From Octopus vulgaris (lineage: Eukaryota), in NCBI GenBank assembly GCA_951406725.2, contig OX597830.1, positions 62,868,001 to 62,932,000 of the forward strand: 64,000 nt of DNA. The letters are read 5' to 3'. Below, in pieces: positions 38,151-51,995 of this stretch. The notes below the pieces were generated by a model. It was given only the letters and a program-made list of their open reading frames with translations. It was not told the origin of the DNA and ran no database searches. The position numbers and the translations under genes are program-made. Positions within the stretch are counted from its first letter, which is position 1; every line of letters starts with the position of its first letter.

Positions 38151-38924
38151 TATGAGAGGAGGAGGAGGAGGAGGGGAGTGAGAGGGGGCTGCAAAGGTCA
38201 TGGGCACCATTCCTTCTCTCCTTCCTCCTTTGATTAATTAAAAACAATTAAACAAACAAACGCTACAACCACCACCCACCACCACTACTACCAACACCTT
38301 CCTTGTGGGCAAAACACACCAGACCTGAATGTCAGTGAGTCTTGAAGAGGGATAAATTTTCTCCTTGTGGGTAAAAATATACATGACAAGGGTTAACTAT
38401 ATCATACCTGCAAATCTCTGTATTAATTTAGTATAAGATACAAAACACCTGGTTGGCCTATTTTTTCAGAAAAAAAGAATCACAGCTGTTATTGTACAAT
38501 GACAACACTTCAACCATTCTGGGGTGTTGACAATACCTCGACTATTCACCATTGGCCATCTAGTCCATTTCAGAAATAAGATATGGACTAGACTGTTTGG
38601 TTCATCATCATCATCATCATCATCATTGATTTAACATCCGTTGTCCATGCTGGCATGGGTTGGACAGTTTGACCAGGGCTGGTAAGCTGAGGGGCTGCAC
38701 CAGACTCCAGTCTGATTTGGTATGGTTTCTATGACTGGATGCCCTTTGTAACATCAACCTCTACAAGAGTGTAACGGGTGCTTTTATGTGCCACTGGCAC
38801 AGATGCCAGTTGCGTGACACCAGTATTTGCCACAACTACAATTTCACTTGGCTTCAGGGGTCTTTCTACTCAAGCACAGCATATTGCCAAAGCTCTTGCT
38901 CATTTGTCATTGCCTATGTTTTTT

Positions 38925-39400
38925 ATCTTTTACTTATTTCAGCCATTTAGACTGTGGCCATGCTGGGGCACCACCTTGAAAAATTTTAGTCAAATGCATC
39001 GAACCCAGCATGTATATTTTTTTAAAACCTGGTACTTATTCTATCAGTCTCTCTTGCTGAACTGCTAAGCTACAGGAATTAAACATACCAACACTGATTA
39101 CCAAGTAGTGGTGGGATACACACGCACACACACATGTACAACCATGTCACCATGGCAAATAGATCTTAAAGGATGGTGATGGTGGTGATGATACACACAC
39201 ACACACACACACACACATAAAACACTGGTGGTGCCCCAGCATAGCCACAGCCTTAGGCTAAAACCTATAAAAGAATATATATATGTATACAACAGGCTTC
39301 TTTCAGTTTCCATCTACCAAATCCACTCAGAAGGCTTTGGTCGGTCCGAGGCTATAGTAGAAGACACTTGCCCAAGGTGCCACACAGTGGGACTGAACCC
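38925..39400 (-). mobile_element. Family A SINE pieces, antisense
   Basis: Reverse-complement match to the family A tail and core. Confidence 0.7.
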
Positions 39401-40614
39401 AAGATTTCACTGTAGACGACAGTGAGTTGAGGGAGATTTGACTGCTATTTTTAGCAAGGCAAGCAACCATGTAGTGTCTTTCTGTTTTTATTGTTTTGTT
39501 TGGAGGGAAGCAGAGTAATATTTTGCTGTGTCCTCTTCTTTGGTGGTGGTGGTGGTGGTTGCAGAGGTGATAATGGTGGCAGTGACAGTTGTGGTGATGG
39601 TGGTAGTGGTGATGTATTTCAGGCTACAGTTATTAATGATCATTGTACACCTGTAACTTAAGCACCTGACCAAACATACCCTCTAATGGTAAAGAGAGAC
39701 ACAAGCTGAGATGATGTCCTCCCACACTTCATCTAAGGCCTGGAAGACAGACTATCTCTCAATCTTTCATACCCTACTTGTCTTCCCATTCCCTCCTCAA
39801 AAAAATAATTAAATTCCTTTATTCTTGATAATATCGCCACAGATATTAATTAAAAACTTATGTCTTATAAAAACAAAGCTGTTCTCATTTATTTTGCTAC
39901 AAAAATTTGTTCTGAAAAAAAGAAAGCAAAACCAAAAAAAAAAAAAAAAGTTTCTTTTTACTTGTTATTCTTTTGTTTATTTTTATTTTCTTTGTTGAAA
40001 TGTTTCTCATACATGAAATTCCTTGTTATTTAACTCTTCTGATACTAACCTGCCTAAGACTGCTTCTGGCTCTGTTATACAAATTTTCTCTTTTAAACTG
40101 ATCTTAATTAAAACATTCCATCAAAATTTCATATTAAAATTATGTTTGAAACACCAGATTAATAATGGTTTCAAATTTTAGCACAAAGCCAGCAAGATTG
40201 GGTGAAAGGAGCAAATTGATTGCATTGACCCCATTGCTCAAATAGTCTTTATTTTATCAGCTCTGAAAGGATGAAAGGCAAAGTTGACCTTGGTGTAATT
40301 TGAATGCAGAATGTAAAGACGAACAATGATGATGATGATGATGATGGACTCTTGTCGAAGGCGACATTTTGAGTGTTCAGTGTTTGCTGAAAAATCTGCA
40401 CGACTGATTTGTGCTATAGCGACCAAATGCATGTGCTACACATTATCTCGCTCCCTCGCTCAAGTTGACATTGCCTGTACATACAAACGTGCCACATGTA
40501 GATTGTTGAAATGATCGCAGAGCAACTTGAAATGAAGTGGTTGGTCAAGAACACGAATATTAATAATAATAATCTTAAGAATATTAATAATAATAATAAA
40601 AATCTTAATGAAAT

Positions 40615-41000
40615 AAAGTAGCTTGCTTACCAACCACATGGTTCCAGGTTCAGTCCCACTGCATGGCATCTTGAGCAAGTGTCTTCTACTATAGCCTTGG
40701 GCCGACCAAAGCCTTGTGAGTGGATTTGGTAGACAGAAACTGAAAGAAGCCTGTTGTATATATGTATATATGTGTGTATATGTTTGTGTGTCTGTGTTTG
40801 TCCCCCACACCCACCATCGCTTGACAACCGATGCTGGTGTGTTTATGTCCCTGTCACTTAGCAGTTCGGCAAAAGAGACTGACAGAATAAATACTAGGCT
40901 TACAAAGAATAAGTCCCGGAGTCGATTTGCTCGACTAAAGGCCGTACTCCAGCATGGCCGCAGTCAAATGACTGAAACAAGTAAAAGAGTAAAAAGAGAA
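40615..41000 (+). mobile_element. Family A SINE
   Basis: aagtagcttgcttaccaaccacatgg...gactgaaacaagtaaaagagtaaaaagag. Confidence 0.85.
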
Positions 41001-43205
41001 TAATAATAATAATAATTTCAAATTCTGGCCCAATGCCCGTAAGATTGGAGAATGAGGCAAGTTGATTACATTGGCCCCACTTTACCACTGGTACTTATTT
41101 TATTGACTTTGAAAGGATGAGAGGCAAATTCAACTTCAGCTGAATTTGAACTTAGAACATGAAGCTGGATCAAATGCTGCTAATCATTATGTCCAGGATG
41201 CTAATGATTCTGTCAGCTTACCATCGTAAATACTTTGCCTTTCATCGGTTTGGGGTCGATCTAATCGACTGGCCCCCTCTCCAAAAATTTCGAGCCTTGT
41301 GCCTAGAGTAGAAAAGAACATTATTTTACTAAAAATTTTAATTATTTTCAAAATTAATTGAAACAAAGGCTAAGTATTTCAACTGGAATATGATAACAAA
41401 AGAGGTTAAAGTGATCTAAATTAAAATCTTCAGTCCAAATTCCACGTTGATTTATGTTCCAAACACCACCTTAAGAACGACCGAGTTATTTTCTTTAGTT
41501 CTTTGTTCTTTTCGAAATTAATTGAAACAAACGCAATAGAAATATAGTAATAACAGAAGGGTTAAAGGAATCGTCTTTATTTTAACCCTCCTCCCACTCA
41601 CCCATCCAAAACTATTCATAACTGTTTGAAGTATACAGTAACTGTTATAATATAAAACCTACAAAGTTTGTTAAAGACTGGAGATGAAAAATTACATTTT
41701 CCTGTTGAACCTGCAATCCTTGGAGGGAATCTATTTAATAAATATTATTTTCTCATGACCTGCACCCTTTACTTGCAATGCTACAATGCTGATTTATGCA
41801 TTCATCCAATATTCCCATATCCACCCAAACACTTAAAGCTTCCTGTCACGTAGCACTGCAAATAGTAATGGCAAAGAAACATGGTGACATTGGTGAGAAG
41901 CTGATTAAATCTTGTAGCAAGGGTGATGAAATTTCCTACCTTAAACAAATGTAAGTAAAGAAGCAAAAAGAGAATAAGAATATTCAAGACATTCTTCCTG
42001 GTAACTGCAGTTTATTGACACAATTAGTAAAAATCTTGTTAGTCGACAACGTTTTGAAGAGATCAGATTTAACCCAACAAGACTTTATTGTGCAAAATTT
42101 CACTACTGTTTACTTTGGCCCAAGATGGACTTGGCTGTGTGGCTAAGAAGGTAGTTTCACAACCACATGGTTTTGGGTTCAGTCCCCATTGTGTGGCATT
42201 GTGGGCAAGTGCCTTCTGCAATAGCCTAGAGACAAATAAATTCAGCCTTGCCTAGAGACAAGTAAATTTGATTTAAGCCATTTTTTGACTTAAGTCGTGT
42301 CTCCTGGAACCAACTAACAACTTAGGGTGATGTATGCCTGTATATTAGTTTCAAATTTTGGCACAAGGCCAGCAATTTCCTGGGAGTGGGGAAGTCGATT
42401 ACACCGACCTTAGACTCAACTGGTACTTATTTTATCAACCCTGAAAGGATGAAAGGCAAAGTTGACTCTGGTGGAATTTGAACTTAGAACATAAAGATAA
42501 ATGAAATGCTGCTAAGCATTTTGCATGGCATGCTAACCATTCTGCTAGCATGCCCTCCTGTGTTTGATATGCATTAAGGCATCAGTTCATAAGCTACTTT
42601 CCAGATGTCTTGATATCTACATAAAGATATAAAACTATCGCAGCACATTTGATCATCTTGAAGTTCTGTTTTAATGGCCACTTTCCAGGTGACTTGATAG
42701 ATACAGAAAGATGGATATGAAGACTTTTTATGATTGATCTGAAAAATAAATGAAGATTGCTCTCTAAGCCTTTGCTATTCTTAACAAAGAATTTAACAGA
42801 GTTAGTATTGATTTCTGAATGAACCTCAAGTATTTATTCTTACTTCTTACTCCAGCGAACCTTCAAAGTTCTTGTTCCTTTTGTCTCTACATATATCTAT
42901 GTAAATCAAGTTTCTTTACTTTAGTAGCAATGATGACAACGACAAGGAGCCATCTGAAAGCTCATGGTGGTCTTCGGGTTTTGATAGTGTTGTCATCAAC
43001 AGCTTCTGCAATAAACAGACAAGTTAACTCATCGAACCAAGAAAGTACTCAACAATACTTGTCGGTGGCTGTTTTTAGTGTTGTGAAAAGAAGAAAAGAA
43101 ATGTATTTGATTGTGTCTACGCTGCTTCATTTGAGTTCAGTGCCACTGTATGGGCTGACCAAAGTCTTGTGAATGGATTTGGTGGATGGAAACTGAAAGA
43201 AGCCC

Positions 43206-43241
<36 letters not shown>

Positions 43242-43616
43242 TTTGTTTCGACATTGTGTGATAGTATAACCAAGTACCACTATCATAGAAGTGGTGGCCT
43301 TCATTTTCAGTCTTCTGTGAAAGTATGTCCAGCAATGAGGAAACATTGCCTTCCTTGGAAACAGATGCGCATTGGCAACAAGAAGGGCGTCTGGTTGTAG
43401 AAAATCTGCCTCAATGAACTCCATCCAACTCATGTGAGTACAGAAAAGGGAATGTTAAAATGATGATGAGGATGATATTGGTTTTAGAATTGATACATCA
43501 TTTGCCCCTGTTTTCTGAAAGGCTAATTAAAAGCATTGGAATCATGAAGGGCATCTGACCATAAAAAAAAGAACAGGTTCAGAAAAACTGTCTAACCCTT
43601 TCCAACATGGAAAAGT

Positions 43617-43647
<31 letters not shown>

Positions 43648-44854
43648 ATGGGCTTCCACACAGTTTTCATCTACCCAATACATTCACAAGGGATTGGTTA
43701 GCCTTGGTCTATGGTAGAAGATACTTGCTCAAGATGCCATGCAGTGGGACTGAACTCAAAGCCACGTGGTTGCAAAGCGATCTTCACACAGCCATGCATT
43801 TTTTTGTTTTAACAAGAGTGTTAAGTGGGGTGAGATAAATGGTAGAATAATGGTGAAATATCTTGAATGAAGATGGGGTTGGGAGTAAATCATAGAGTAT
43901 TAGTTGAGAATCATTAAGTGTTTGTTTGACCTGCTAGAAATAATAGCCAAATTTTCTTCAGATTACATTCTCCTGGCTGATGAAAGGGGCACCTTGGATA
44001 TTGTGATTCTAGATACACTGTCTGAAAAACAAAACAAACAAACGAACAAAGATGGTCATGATTTGAGTTATGATTCAAAAGGCGTTCCCACCGTGACCAT
44101 CTCATCTTTGTTGGGTATGTTTGATCATTACTGACCATGGGGTTGAACAACAATCGACAAAATGATCACAACACAGCTTTAAACATACCACCACCACCAT
44201 CACCACCATCACCAAAGAAGGATACACTTCTTAAATATTACCCCCTTCCCTCAAACAAAAGAAAGCTTCTACATGGTTCTCATCTTGCTAGAAATAGCAC
44301 CCAATCCCCTCTTCCAAATTATACCGTACTATCGTAAATAACGAAATACATTGAACGACGTAGTCCACATTATACTTACTTATAAAAAGATGGGATGGTC
44401 AGAGCTGGAACGCCTTTGATCGAGGACAATAACACCAGGATATCAATATTACACCTCTGGCACGCTATTGTTCATATTGACTCTCAATGTCAACAAATCT
44501 GGGTCAAGATATACGGAAGGACACTGTAGTGGAGGGGGGAGGTATGACGTAGGCGCGAAACGCCAGTTCTCACCTGTACTCTCACCTCTCCTCACTTTGT
44601 ACACATACACCCCCTCGTCTCATCTATATAAGGGAGACTACTACTAGAGTTCGTTACGTAAGTCAGCGTGCACGTGCAGATGTGCATGTGATGCATTTGC
44701 GTGTATGTGGGTATATGTGTAAGTGTGTGTGTAAGATTTTGGCGTGGCGTGTGTGTGTGCATGTAGCAAATTGTATCTGTATGGTTTATTGTAAGGTGAA
44801 TGTTATGCAAAAGCTAGTGTATGGTGTTTGGTGTGTATAACGGGCGTGTGGCGA

Positions 44855-45430
44855 CTGATGTGTATAACAGACTGTTAACTGGTGTATATGACAAGGCGGC
44901 GAGCTGGCAGAGTCGTTAGCACGCCGGACGAAATGCTTAGCAGTATTTCGTCTGCCGTCACGTTCTGAGTTCAAATTCCGCCGAGGTCGACTTTGCCTTT
45001 CATCCTTTCGGGGTCGATAAATAAAGTACCAGTTACGCACCGGGGTCGATATAATCGACTTAATCCGTTTGTCCGTCTGTCCTTGTTTCTCCCCTCTGTG
45101 TTTAGCCCCTTGTGGGTAGTAAACAAATAGGTGTATATGACAGACTCAGTGTTAACTAGTGTGTATGACAGACCGTGTTAATTGGTGTGTTTGACAGACT
45201 CCGTGTTAACTAGTGTGTATGACAGACAGTTAAATGTTGTGTATGACAGACACTATATGTTAAATGATGTGTACGCCAGATTGTGCGTAGTCTCTAGTGT
45301 ATATAACAGACTAGTGATAGGTGTATACAACAGATTGTATTTGTATTAACTGGTGTGTACAACACGTCATGCGTAGTAGCTGGTGTATATGTATAACAGA
45401 CCGTGTTTAGTGGATGGTGTGTATAACTTC
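44855..45430. repeat. Degenerate ~27-bp minisatellite (gtgtatgacagactcagtgttaacta), split by the SINE
   Basis: More than eight units visible at 45130-45420 and one or two upstream of the SINE. Confidence 0.75.
44894..45129 (+). mobile_element. Full-length family B SINE with 13-bp TSD
   Basis: TSD ggtgtatatgaca at 44881-44893 and 45130-45142. Confidence 0.9.
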
Positions 45431-46197
45431 ACGCTGTGACCAGGTTATATAAAGTACAATGAAAACAGTAAAAGCGAATATAATAGTGCGTGTGCATTTT
45501 TAAGGACAACAATTGACTCTATCACGATGTGTTGTTGGTGATGGTGGTGGTATTGGTGGTGATGGTAATGGTGTTGTTGTTGCAGTGGTGGTGGTGGAGG
45601 AGGAGGAGGTAGCGGTGTAATTGCGACGAAGTTTTATTGGTGTTTCCGTTACTGTTGTTGATGGTGGTGACGACGACGATGATGGTGGTGGAGTTGATGG
45701 TTGAGTCAGTGACAACGACGATGATGGAGACGATTCGGATGACGACGACGATAACGATGATGATAGCAGTGTTAATGGCGGTGGCGCCACCGATGATGAT
45801 TGTTTTGTTAAGCTCTCTGCTGCTGCCGCCCGCCCAGTCGTCATTTCAGAAAGAACGAACAGTTTTTTAAGTGATGGTGATGTCATTCACGTGTGATCTC
45901 TTTCATTCACTTATTTATTTATATTTATTATATAATTTACTTAACGTGTTTACGGCGAAGCGTGAAGGTTGCGACAGAACCGCGCACCCACTCGTACTAA
46001 CTACTCTCACTCCAAAATACTCTTCTCACGGGAAAGGTGTGAGCATCACAACAAATAACTTCCTATGAGTTTTATCATCTTTAAGTATAGCACTTTGTTT
46101 TTTAATAAATCTATAGAGGCGAGAGGCAGAAGCGTAATGATCCTTCTCGCAGGCTATTCGGTTAATGTGGCCGATACACAACCCGGGACATCTATAA

Positions 46198-46586
46198 GAA
46201 AGGCTGAAGACGCTCGACCTTTATTCTCTAGAAAAACGACGACGCCGTGCTGATCTCATTCTTGCTCACAACATCATAAGCGGAAAGTGTAACCTCTCGA
46301 AAGAGCTGTTCTTCACTCCTGCTCCAGAGCGTCGGCTGCGGGGTCACTCCGAAAAGCTCTATCTGCGACGATTTCATCTTAATCGAAGGAGAGGGGCTTT
46401 CTCCGTCCAGGTTGCGGATCCGTGGAATAAGGTGCCGGACGAGATAGTGAATATGCCGACGACCGCTCGGTTCAAAGTCTCTCTTGACCAGAAATGGCCT
46501 GAACTCTTTGCATGAACACCCTCCATGTACATAACTCCATGTCCCCCTACATGGCCTTGCTTTTTGAGCCAAAAAAATTAACTTAA
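46198..46586 (+). mobile_element. Young, 5'-truncated CR1-group LINE 3' end
   Basis: Stop-free frame 46198-46515: ERLKTLDLYSLEKRRRRADLILAHNII...RRLRGHSEKL...FSVQVADPWNKVPDEIV...FKVSLDQKW*. Confidence 0.85.
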
Positions 46587-46954
46587 GTGAATGTATGCGG
46601 AATAAATTTGTACAGAGAGGAACCTGGTGTCCGGTGCGAATAAATATCTGTGGAGGAGTGAATGTATAATATATGATCAGTGGTCGACACATTGCGATAC
46701 TAAAATGGCTTGGAAAAGCCATTAGGAGGAAAGAGGCTGAACAAAAATTTGAAAACCATCACTAGTTGTGATGATAGCGTCCCACCACTCACATCTTGGG
46801 CACAAATCGCATTTTACTATCATTGTTAGTATGCGGGCGCGCGTGAAATGTATGTATATATATGGTCCGGCAGGGTAGCTGCTTTATAATCGCTTGACCT
46901 TCCAGAAATAACAGCCAAATCGCACCCTGCTGTTATATGAAATCTTTTGTTGTT

Positions 46955-46989
<35 letters not shown>

Positions 46990-46991
<2 letters not shown>

Positions 46992-47298
46992 TTTTCGGCC
47001 ATTTGACTGCAGCCATATTGGAGCACCGCCTTTAGTCGAACAAATTGACCCCAGGACTTATTCTTTGTAAGCCTAGTACTTATTATATCGGTCGCTTTTG
47101 CCGAACTTCTAAGTTACGGGGACATAAACACACCAACATCGGTTGTCAAGTGATGGTAGGGGATAAACGTATATATATATGACAGGCTTCTTTCAGTTTC
47201 CGCCTATCAAATCCACACAGGCTCTTTGGTCGGCCCGAGGTTATAGTAGAAGACACTTGCTCAAGGTGCCACGCAGTGGGACTGAACCCAGAACCATG
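46990..47298 (-). mobile_element. Family A SINE
   Basis: Reverse-complement consensus match. Confidence 0.8.
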
Positions 47299-47329
47299 AT
47301 AGGATCTGTTAAGTCATTTTAAAGTCAAG

Positions 47330-47900
47330 TTGTGTGGTATCATGGCCCATTCAAGTAGGGAGTTGTTTGTTCAGTGGCAGACTGGGTCTAAAAATATTGG
47401 TTGCCAAGAGGCTAAGGGGTCCCACCCGCAACTACGATGCTATAATTTAATTATTTTTTTGTTAGAAGTATTTTTTTCAACTGTCTACAAACACAGTCAG
47501 GCTAAAATAATTCATGCATTCTTCCAGGAGTGAATAAAAATTCTCAAACGAGCCCCCATATATGGATTCTAATGGCGCAGGGGCCCACTTTCCATCGGGC
47601 AAGCTGGCCAGTCCGCCATTGTATTTGTTATTGACCGAGATGTCTCCAGTTATAGATGGCTTATCTGGTATCCCTTGAAAATTGCCCAAGTTTCGTTTGA
47701 AGGGGATGAGATCTTTTTCTTCTTAGATTTGTTTTGGGACAATATTACATAGAACAGGCCCTGCTGAAGAAAACAAATTGTGTTGCAGTGAATTTGTGTG
47801 TTGTGATCTTGAATTGTGTAAAGGACGTATAGCACGTGATCCCAGCCTTGGATGAATTCTGAATCTAATGTTTAAGGTCTTCTGGGCAATGTGTAGACTC
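47330..47900 (-). mobile_element. Old CR1-group LINE 3' end interrupted by a hAT MITE
   Basis: Minus strand GPVLCNIVP...FKRNLGNF..IPDKPSI...NSLLEW, similar to the 3' end of the 15282-16705 LINE. Confidence 0.5.
47372..47621. mobile_element. hAT-type MITE
   Basis: TIRs cagtggcagactgg / ccagtccgccattg, TSD tgtttgtt/tatttgtt (7/8). Confidence 0.8.
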
Positions 47901-48909
47901 AAAAAAATATCTAGTGACGCTGAAATAAAAGACTACAGTGAGTTTGATCATGGATATGAGCTGGCCTGGGGCTAAACCGTGCCATTTTAAGGTATGGGCT
48001 CACTGGGCAGTTGCTCGGGTGCTGCACGAGTCCACGGGCCCAATTCTTCTAACCTACATATGATTGGTTTGCTGTCAAATAAATTACTGTACAGACCATT
48101 TCATTGATTTGCCCGGGGCCTCGCAGGTCTACGGACTCAATTCTGATCTATGTATGGTGTAGTTTGCTGTTACTAAATAAAACTATAAGGGCCGGTGTAT
48201 TGATGTGAGCGGGGCCCCTCTAAACAACATCAACAACGACAGTCAACGCGAAAGAAAGCTTGTATTTGGACGTTGAATCTGTGAGAAATAGCAGCTAAAT
48301 TTCTCTGATATCGCAGTCTTTCGTGTTTACCTGTGTGTTTGTTCAGTTAGTTGTGATGGTAGGTATGTGTGAGCGGAGGCAGGCGATGTTTATTCGGGTG
48401 GAGTATTATTTGAAACAAACAGTGGCTATCTAATTCTTCTTGGGTGAGAAATGGGGGGTGGAGAAAAAGAGGGTAGTTGGTTCTGTTTCGTATTGAAATG
48501 CTCGCTGGTAGAAAGGCGACGGCCTGCAACGGAAACGAAGTTACCGCAGCAGTAATTTTTGGCTGCTGAAAATAAAACAAGAATTAAGATGATGGTAGTG
48601 GAGAGATGGTTGGTTGGTAGAGAGTCAGCTGTTTGTATGTCATAAATATTTATTGTCCTATGGTTGTTTGTCCTACATTTTGAACTTCTTACTCTTCCTC
48701 CTCCCCCTCTCTCATACACTGTTATTCCTCTCTCCACTCCTCTTGTTTTAAGAGTACATTCGTAAAACGATAAGATTCCCGCCATATTAACATCATTTCT
48801 AACTGCCGACACAGAATGTTAACAAACACGTCATATTTACTGTAACAGTTAATTGCACTGCTATTTGTTATTGGTATTGTCGTTGTTGTCGGTGTTGTTT
48901 AAGCCCTTG

Positions 48910-49281
48910 GTCAGCTCTGATCGAGTAGATATTTCGATTAAAAAAACATTCCAGAGGTGACCATCCACATCGTTTCTTTTTTTAAATGTTTTTTTTTTAT
49001 TTCTTGTTTGTTTCCTTTTGGTATTCTTACGATTTATGACCGCAGATTTAAAGTGAAAATTATTGTAAGCATTCTGCTTTAATATTTTGGAGAATAAAAT
49101 AATCTAAAATTTCTGCAAAAAGAAAGCCTTCTTTTTGCAGAATCGTACGTATTTTTAAATTTGGAATACCTAAGTAAAAAAACAAAACAAAAAACAAAAA
49201 CAAAAAAACCCCGAAAAAAGATGTGAATGGTCATCTCTGGAATGGCTTTTTAATCGAAAAATCTGCTGGATCAGAGCTGAC
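48910..49281. repeat. Inverted repeat, ~62-bp arms
   Basis: gtcagctctgatcgagtagat..ttcgattaaaaa..cattccagaggtgaccatccacatc pairs with gatgtgaatggtcatctctggaatggctttttaatcgaaaaatctgctggatcagagctgac. Confidence 0.85.
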
Positions 49282-50046
49282 GAATATATATATATATATA
49301 TATATATAAGTACTAGTTGCGTACTGGGATCGATCTAATCGATTGGCCCCTCCTTCTCCAAAAAGATTTTCGGGTTTTGTGCCTAGAGTAGAAAAGAATA
49401 ATAATTCTTAATAATTTAGCCACAAGGCCAACAGTTTTAAGAAAATAATCGCAACACTTGACAGGTACTTTATTTTACCGGCTCCGAAATGTATGAAAAG
49501 CGAAGTTGCCCTCGGCGAGAATTGAACTCGGAACAAAGAGTGCATTGAATTTTCTCCGGCATTAATAATGTATGTATTTTAGCACGTGTAAAAGAATCAA
49601 CCAATTTATTTACCATTTTGGGAAATTATGTTTTAGAATTTAAACTCTTGGGTGCCCTGAAGAGTGTAACAAGGTGGGGCTTTTTGATTTACAGGTAACA
49701 GTTCATTTGGCCGGCTTCTACATAATTTCTCCATCTACCTAGTTTTGTTCACAAGGCTTAGGAATGGCCCAAGGCTATAGTTAAAAAAAACAAAAACAAA
49801 AAAACTCTCCCTTAGACATCACGTATTGGGATTGAATCCGGGACCAGATGGTTGTGAAAGCTAACTTCTTAACCACTCAACTTTACAAATGTTTGACGTG
49901 TCCTTTCCTCGTTTTGAAACAGAGGAATATGATTTGAGAGAGATTTAACTGTTATTTCTAGTATGTCAGCGATAACATGAAAACGCGCTCCCTAGTTGGT
50001 GTTTGTCATTGTTTTTGATGTTAACGGTTGCTGATGTCTCTGTTAT

Positions 50047-50103
<57 letters not shown>

Positions 50104-50427
50104 CATACATACGCACATGCATGCATGCATGCATACATACATGCATGTATGCATGCATAGATAGATAGATAGATAGATAGATAGGTAGATAGATATATGG
50201 TGGTTGGCTGCTCCTTATGCAGAGTCTGGCAACCTCTTGTACTTAAATCTTAGATCCATCATGGCGTCTGATGTGGCTTTTTAAACCAGACAATGTTTTG
50301 TAAAGATACCCACATAGATTGCATGTCTGATTTGGACCACCAAATACACACACACAAACACAAAGTTGTTTACATCAATCATAGTCGTCATGTTTTATGA
50401 ATACTTAACATATTATATACCCATCTG

Positions 50428-50470
<43 letters not shown>

Positions 50471-50633
50471 GTCTGTCTGTCTGTCTGTCTGTCGATCTAT
50501 CTATCTGTCTGTCTGTCTGTCGATCTATCTATCTGTCTGTCTGTCGAATAATCTATGTAGCTCTCTATTTAACTGTCTGTCTATCTATCTTTGTCCCCTC
50601 TCTGTTCAGCCCTGTGTAGCTAATAAAGAAACA

Positions 50634-50684
<51 letters not shown>

Positions 50685-51391
50685 ATATCCATCCATCCGT
50701 ATCCAGCCATGTGTGTGCGCATGCGCGCATACATATCGACACATACGTTGTTAAGTGCATCGTTGTGTCTATCACGTGGTTATGTTTTTCTGGGTCTGTC
50801 GTCGTTGATGCGTTGGATGCTCTCTTTCCCCCTCATGTATTGTTGCTTAACCTAAATTGGTCCTGATTATACAAACCTATGTTCAAATGCATTTCAGCCT
50901 TGACCATACCGCCTTTTTATTTTTTCTATGTTCTGTGTATTCCGTCTCACTACACCCGATGCGTCTATCTTTTTTTTTTTTTAAAGACAGTGTGATGTAA
51001 TTGGATGGAGACTTAGCTGTTATTTCTAGCACGTCAAATGACCATCTGGAACAGTCGTAGGGTGGACCCCTAGAAGCATTCTGTGATTCAAAACCCCAGA
51101 TTTTTATAATCAAATATTATTAGGAATCTTATATTAAAAAGCATTTTTTGTATTGTAAAAGCATGGCGAATTTATTGCACTTAAACTTTAACAACAAAAT
51201 CTTATATGCTCTCCCCCTCCCGCAAGGGTTAGACAATAGGGTCTCCCTGTTGAGAAACACTGATCTTGACTCTATGGAGTTTTCTTAAGTGGCTCAACTG
51301 TGTGTGTGTGTGTGTATGTGTGTGTGTGTAGGTATTCTGTACTCAGATATGTAATTTTGTATTTATAACCCCAGTCCACTCTCTCCCTATC

Positions 51392-51434
<43 letters not shown>

Positions 51435-51439
51435 ATATG

Positions 51440-51498
<59 letters not shown>

Positions 51499-51517
51499 AT
51501 CTATCTATCTATATATG

Positions 51518-51558
<41 letters not shown>

Positions 51559-51956
51559 GTGTGTGTGTGTGTGCCTTCTCTCGCTGCGTAGACATGTGTG
51601 ATATGCGGCAGGTATTATTAATCAATCAGTAAGGATCGATCCCAGTGAGTAGTATCTTGATAATTAATGACTTTTACCGGAAACTGTGCGGAAGCCCCAT
51701 ATATGGATTGTACCTATAATTTAGAACACCAGTTTTATTCCACTCTCAACAGTTAGATGTTAGTTTACCTGGTAAGAAACAAAACAGTTACAAAAAGAAG
51801 AGGTGAAAGACAGGTTGGTTGATTTCTGTATGTTTGTTAGTATTTCTTAGTGTGTGTGTGTGTGTGTAATACATCTGTCTCTGACGATCATTCGGTACAA
51901 ATGTCCAGCTGGACGTGTCGAACAGGTGAACACTACATCGTTTTATTTATTTCTTT

Positions 51957-51992
51957 GGATCTTTTCTGTTTGATAGCAAACAGAAAAGATCC
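51957..51992. mobile_element. 36-bp TIR-only member of the GGATCTTTTC family
   Basis: GGATCTTTTCTGTTTG-atag-CAAACAGAAAAGATCC, TSD atttcttt/atctcttt (7/8). Confidence 0.75.
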
Positions 51993-51995
51993 ATC

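Noticed and set aside
41868-41956. ATG-initiated frame MAKKHGDIGEKLIKSCSKGDEISYLKQ ending at GTAAGT, as a third PDK first exon
   Set aside because: Phase 2 (incompatible with the phase-1 PDK junction), no PDK motif and no presequence character.
44855-45430. Regularly spaced ~27-bp repeats as a CRISPR-like array
   Set aside because: Head-to-tail minisatellite with no unique spacers and no cas genes, in eukaryotic context.
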